A stretch of 36,208 bases of DNA from a virus. Every line of letters starts with the position of its first letter. Positions within the stretch are counted from its first letter, which is position 1. The stretch lies in IMG/VR virus record IMGVR_UViG_3300046660_000306. The stretch is one strand, 5' to 3'. The notes under the pieces are model-generated. The model was not told where the DNA came from and made no database searches. It worked only from the letters and a program-made list of their open reading frames with translations. The translations under genes were made by a program, and so were the position numbers. Shown piece after piece: positions 32,783 through 36,208 of the stretch.

Positions 32783-33786
32783 GTGGAGGACGGGGGGGCG
32801 TGTTTTTCCAGTATCCAGTTGGTGAAAGCTATGCGGCATATTTGCTCAATTCCAGAGTTCATATGGTAAGCCTTCCAGTCACTATCAGCCCAGCCTGTCG
32901 GTATATGTTCGCCTAGAAAGAGAGCGCCAGCATGAAGTATTTTTGAGCGCTGGCCATACGCTTTCTTATAGAACTTTATTAGCTCTTCTGAGTCTGAGCT
33001 ATACTTTGTAAGGAAGTCTGTGAATTTTCTTGTGGTGGAGTAGCGTGGCGCACTGCACTCTTTGCATTTCTCAATTTTGATTCCTTTATTGATATGGTCA
33101 ACAAGTGATTCTATTGAGGAAACAAAGCAAGCAAAAGATATGGAGGGTGATATTGGTTTTATTCTTATCGCGTTGTTGAATAAGGTTGCCGATTTCAAAA
33201 AAGCGTTTTTGTTGTCTTGGTCTAGGCTGTAGTAAGCATCCAGAATGTCGCTGAGTAAGTCCGGGACGGAAAAGTCAGAACCGACAAATCTTCCGCCAAG
33301 TCCATAAGATTCAGAAGTGTTGATTTCGTCAACGTTCGAGACTGAAGAGTTTGTAAAGTCGCTGATTTCGTGCTTGTGTTCTTGAACAAAGTAGGAGAGT
33401 TGACGCCACTCTGGTTCTGTTGCAAGGTTGGTATCTGTGCTGATGGTCCAGCTATGGTTGTCTTGTGTATAAACGAACTTTGAAAAAGAGAATACGGCAA
33501 ATAAGCTGGTTATTTCGCGAGTTATTTTTTTCTCATGGTCTTGTCTTTGTATCCAGTCGGGAACCTCTGTTTGGTCAGGCATTTTCTTGCTTGGGTCGGG
33601 GGCGAAGTTGTATTTTACTTCTAGAAGACAAGGGTGGTGCGCCTCAAGATAAGGTGCGCGAGGGAAGTTGTCAGGTGCTGGTAATATCTGAAAAATTTCC
33701 CTGTATTTGTATTTTCCAGTGACGTTGGCATTTGTGAGCATGATAAAACTTCTAAATGTTTTCGTCATAAGTTTGCCTGTTTCCAT
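32779..33786 (-). CDS. 335-aa protein with an unknown N-terminal domain and a C-terminal HEPN-like domain (R-x4-H). The start is uncertain (33786, 33768 or 33741).
   Basis: SSIESLV helix followed by YGQRSKILHAG (R284-x4-H289 of the track ORF, nt 32932-32949). AT-rich (sampled lines about 35-47% GC against more than 60% in the late genes). Confidence 0.75.
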   Translation of the reverse strand: METGKLMTKTFRSFIMLTNANVTGKYKYREIFQILPAPDNFPRAPYLEAHHPCLLEVKYNFAPDPSKKMPDQTEVPDWIQRQDHEKKITREITSLFAVFSFSKFVYTQDNHSWTISTDTNLATEPEWRQLSYFVQEHKHEISDFTNSSVSNVDEINTSESYGLGGRFVGSDFSVPDLLSDILDAYYSLDQDNKNAFLKSATLFNNAIRIKPISPSISFACFVSSIESLVDHINKGIKIEKCKECSAPRYSTTRKFTDFLTKYSSDSEELIKFYKKAYGQRSKILHAGALFLGEHIPTGWADSDWKAYHMNSGIEQICRIAFTNWILEKHAPPSST

Positions 33787-33916
33787 AGGTGTTGGCAAAG
33801 TGGTAGGTTTATTGTTTTGGGCTGGGCCACTCTAACATCCGAATAGCCACCTGTATAAACCGAGAAGCCATACATAGTGTAGCTGCAGTTTGTATCGCAT
33901 AAATAGATGAGGCCGC

Positions 33917-34129
33917 TTACGCGGCCTCGGTGGTGTTAACTTGCCAGTTTTGGGGACTGGCTTGCCATGCTTCGATAGCTGATTCCCTCCAGCCAACCCG
34001 GCCTGCGGAAATCACCACAGACTTTGGAAATCTGCCACGTTTGATCTCCCTCCATAGTGTGGTTCGGGAGAATGAGGTGACGTCCAATACCTCCTTCTCC
34101 CGCATGAACCGATCAAGCTTTCTTGTCAT
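33917..34129 (-). CDS. AlpA-family HTH protein (excisionase / transcriptional regulator type)
   Basis: REKEVLDVTSFSRTTLWREIKRGRFPKSVVISAGRVGWRESAIEAWQ. The ATG overlaps the methyltransferase stop (ATGA). Confidence 0.8.
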   Translation of the reverse strand: MTRKLDRFMREKEVLDVTSFSRTTLWREIKRGRFPKSVVISAGRVGWRESAIEAWQASPQNWQVNTTEAA

Positions 34130-35799
34130 GGGGCCTCCTGTTGAGCAACGCTCAGACCGACAGCCACAGGCCGAACCCAGATAGGCATGCTGTTGAGCAT
34201 GAACGTTTCGCCCGCGGCGGCCAACAGTAAGGTGGTGCCCATTACGTGGGCGATTGCCTCAGCAGCTTTTGGTGGTACCGCGTTGCCGATCCGTTCGCGC
34301 CAGGCCTGATCGCTCAGTCCATCCAGTTCGAACTGTTCCTCCGGATCAACCAAGCTTTGCAGCGAGGCCAGCTCCAGCGTGGTGAACGGCCGGTGCCAGG
34401 TGCCGTCGAGGCTTTCAATTACGCAGGTCAACCGGTCATTGGCTTCCGGCATGCGCGGATCAGCGACCGACCAACGCCCGTTGTCCTGCTTGGCACTCGC
34501 CGAAACGGCGCCACATTGATCGTTCCATCCAACAACGCCGTAATGGCCGCCAGTCAGGTAGGCATCACCCTTCACGCGTTTCATACCTGGGCGGGGGTCC
34601 TGCACGGCGAAGGCTCCCTGACCAGTGGTGCTGCCGGCGATGACAGTTCCTGTCGACTTATCCCACGGTGACACCAGGTACTTGCCGAACCCTTCACCAG
34701 CTCGGCGCGGGTCGGCAACGCTAAATGTTCCTTGCCCGGGCGATTTCACGCCGATGACGGCTCCGCTCGTTTCGTCCCAGCGACGAACGCCGTACTGCTG
34801 GTATTGCAGGGCGCCGGCCTTGGCGCGTGGATCTGCTACCGAGAACGCACCATTTGTTGGGCTGTTGCGGCCAGCGACCGTACCGGCGGTATCGCGCCAA
34901 TTATGCACGCCGAGATAGCCGGCTCGGTACTCGGGAACAATGACCAGATCACGCAGATAGCCGTCCTCGATCGCCAAGTCATTCAGGCTGCGCCAGTCTT
35001 TGCCGGCGGTGACAAGAGCGAGGCGAACCCATGTTTTCCATTGCAGCGCTGGTACTCGGTGCATCGGGCCGGCGGCTTCGACATCACCAGCCAGGGGCAT
35101 GCGGCCGAGAATTGAGCCGACAGACTTCAGCGTCTTTTTCTCCGGTTCGTACAGGAACGGCGGCACCTTCTCGATATGGCGGGCCACCAACAGGAAACGC
35201 TTGCGGCTCTGGGCCAGGCCACCGATGACGCCGCAATCGTGGGTGGTTTCTGCGACGGCGTAGCCATAGTGGCCCAGTAGCTTGTTGATCTGGTCCAGCA
35301 GATGGCGCCCGCGAGTGGCCAGGCGCGGAACGTTCTCGAATACCAGCAGCGGGACCGGGTCGTTCTTCCAAGCTTCGCACATCAGCCAGATACAGCGCAG
35401 CGTCAGTTCGTTCAGGGCCTGGTACTTCGGCGTCATGCTCATTGTTTCGGACAGCAGGCCCGAGGCGCCTTTGCAAGGGCTGGAAATGAACACAGCGTCA
35501 GGCCGCTCGTTGTTAGCAGCGCGGCGCAGGTCTTCGGCGCTCGCTTCGCTCCAGCCTGCCGGCGGCTCTTTGCCGTGGAAGCGGGTGTACTGGTCACGGT
35601 TGAACAGGTCCATCAGCGTGCCGCGCACACCGGACAGTCGTTCGAAATCGCGCAGCCCGGCCGGGTCAACGTCAACTCCGCCGATGCACTGCCATTCGGC
35701 TTGGATGTTGCCCACGATTGGCTTGGCACTGTTGAAACCCTTGGCGCCGCCACCGAGGCCGCAGCACATATGAAAGTGTTTGAGCGTGCGCTTAAGCAT
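34126..35799 (-). CDS. DNA (cytosine-5) methyltransferase with a four-fold repeated target-recognition region (557 aa from the ATG at 35799)
   Basis: Motif I HMCCGLGGG, IV SSPCKGAS, VI LVFENVP, VIII QSRKR, X GNAVPP. No adjacent restriction endonuclease. Confidence 0.85.
   Translation of the reverse strand: MLKRTLKHFHMCCGLGGGAKGFNSAKPIVGNIQAEWQCIGGVDVDPAGLRDFERLSGVRGTLMDLFNRDQYTRFHGKEPPAGWSEASAEDLRRAANNERPDAVFISSPCKGASGLLSETMSMTPKYQALNELTLRCIWLMCEAWKNDPVPLLVFENVPRLATRGRHLLDQINKLLGHYGYAVAETTHDCGVIGGLAQSRKRFLLVARHIEKVPPFLYEPEKKTLKSVGSILGRMPLAGDVEAAGPMHRVPALQWKTWVRLALVTAGKDWRSLNDLAIEDGYLRDLVIVPEYRAGYLGVHNWRDTAGTVAGRNSPTNGAFSVADPRAKAGALQYQQYGVRRWDETSGAVIGVKSPGQGTFSVADPRRAGEGFGKYLVSPWDKSTGTVIAGSTTGQGAFAVQDPRPGMKRVKGDAYLTGGHYGVVGWNDQCGAVSASAKQDNGRWSVADPRMPEANDRLTCVIESLDGTWHRPFTTLELASLQSLVDPEEQFELDGLSDQAWRERIGNAVPPKAAEAIAHVMGTTLLLAAAGETFMLNSMPIWVRPVAVGLSVAQQEAP
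34453..34917 (-). repeat. Four tandem ~30-aa protein repeats, Y(G/L)V..W.(D/N)..G(A/T)V...........G.(F/W)(S/A)V(A/Q)DPR, within the methyltransferase variable region
   Basis: YLGVHNWRDTAGTVAGRNSPTNGAFSVADPR / YGVRRWDETSGAVIGVKSPGQGTFSVADPR / YLVSPWDKSTGTVIAGSTTGQGAFAVQDPR / YGVVGWNDQCGAVSASAKQDNGRWSVADPR. Confidence 0.85.
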
Positions 35800-36049
35800 A
35801 ACGACGCCCCTTCGCTTGTTTGGATGCTGCTTTTTCTGCCAGGAGGGCAGCCCACTCCGAGGACTTGCGTTGCTGTCTGAGACGACTGCAGTTTTGGTGC
35901 TTACGTGTGGAGCGAGCTTTTCCGCAGATATCGCAGATGCTGGGTAGGTCAAGTCGATGGCTAGCCATTGTGGGGCGAGTTCTAGAGCCGGGAGTGGCTG
36001 TGTTCGTGATAGCCTCGGCGTTGCCATCGTTGTGGGTTTGAGCTTGCAT
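35792..36049 (-). CDS. 85-aa basic protein with a C-x2-C-x8-H-x2-C knuckle, translationally coupled to the methyltransferase
   Basis: GGAGAGAACC RBS. CDICGKARSTRKHQNC. Its stop overlaps the MTase start (ATGCTTAA). Confidence 0.6.
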   Translation of the reverse strand: MQAQTHNDGNAEAITNTATPGSRTRPTMASHRLDLPSICDICGKARSTRKHQNCSRLRQQRKSSEWAALLAEKAASKQAKGRRYA

Positions 36050-36098
36050 GGTTCTCTCCTTTCAGTGGTGGTCGGTGTCGAGGGGTTGCAGCCCCTCG
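36047..36098 (-). repeat. Leader repeat copy 2: hairpin cgagggg-ttgcag-cccctcg (36079-36098) plus the conserved block accactgaaaggagagaaccATGca
   Basis: See 174-213. The hairpin spans the circular junction. Confidence 0.7.
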
Positions 36099-36208
36099 GC
36101 ACCACTTCCCGTTATTCCGTTACTTGGCGAGCCAGATCAGTACGTCTGGTACCTGTAGGGCAGTGACAGCGATCAATGCGACCGTCGCGATTGTGCTGAG
36201 CAGGTTGT
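36082..36208. repeat. Terminal exact direct repeat, copy 2 (duplicate of 1-127)
   Basis: The same 127 nt as the window start. The unit length is therefore 36,081 bp. Confidence 0.9.

Noticed and set aside
35800-36105. 102-aa N-terminal extension of the methyltransferase ORF, and the extended versions of gpD (to 7302), gpS (to 18452), gpR (to 18855), FI (to 12682) and the 68-aa ORF (to 19834)
   Set aside because: The extensions are Pro/Arg/Ser-rich junk and overlap the preceding genes. Internal ATG/GTG starts give the conserved family N-termini and show start/stop coupling with the preceding gene.

Overview
The window is one complete, circularly closed genome of a P2-like temperate myophage. 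Bases 1-127 recur exactly at 36082-36208, so the unit length is 36,081 bp. Base composition and codon usage look Pseudomonas-like (high GC).

About 22 kb (5.8-27.3 kb) is a fully syntenic P2 late region:
- On the minus strand: D-U-T-E/E'-FII-FI-G-H-I-J-W-V-S-R, spanins, endolysin, holins, X-L-M-N-O.
- On the plus strand, diverging from O: terminase P and portal Q.
- Also present: the E/E' T-TTT-TTG frameshift, and three copies of a CYTGTA-N11-TACAGG dyad at the positions of the P2 late promoters.

The early region (0.5-5.8 kb) is not P2-like in its replication genes. It holds a P4-alpha-like zinc-finger/Toprim/P-loop primase-helicase, an Ogr/Delta zinc-finger activator, a CII-like protein, and a divergent Cro(Ner)-like / XRE-type CI switch with direct-repeat operators. 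Next to cI sits a perfect LexA box in front of a 59-aa ORF that resembles the C-terminal segment of CI, a Tum-like SOS antirepressor candidate.

The remaining ~8 kb (27.3-36 kb) is the accessory and site-specific part:
- An AT-rich orphan gene between the portal gene and a P2/186-like cos site.
- A ~1 kb non-coding tract with phased 10-bp repeats, a G10 run, and GGTTAG/CTAACC iterons around an AT-rich core (candidate ori).
- A two-gene AT-rich cassette bracketed by two diverged att-like tRNA-Gly 3' fragments, with a tRNA-Thr 3' fragment also inside.
- attP with arm repeats and a P4-type integrase.
- A DUF2971-like gene.
- A HEPN-like (R-x4-H) gene bracketed by two AlpA paralogues.
- A C5 DNA methyltransferase whose target-recognition region is four tandem ~30-aa repeats.

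The best candidates for a new biological system are these AT-rich cargo genes around cos/attP, which occupy the equivalent of the P2 tin/old hotspot, together with the LexA-controlled mini-antirepressor.

All family assignments come from motif recognition by eye. No searches were run.
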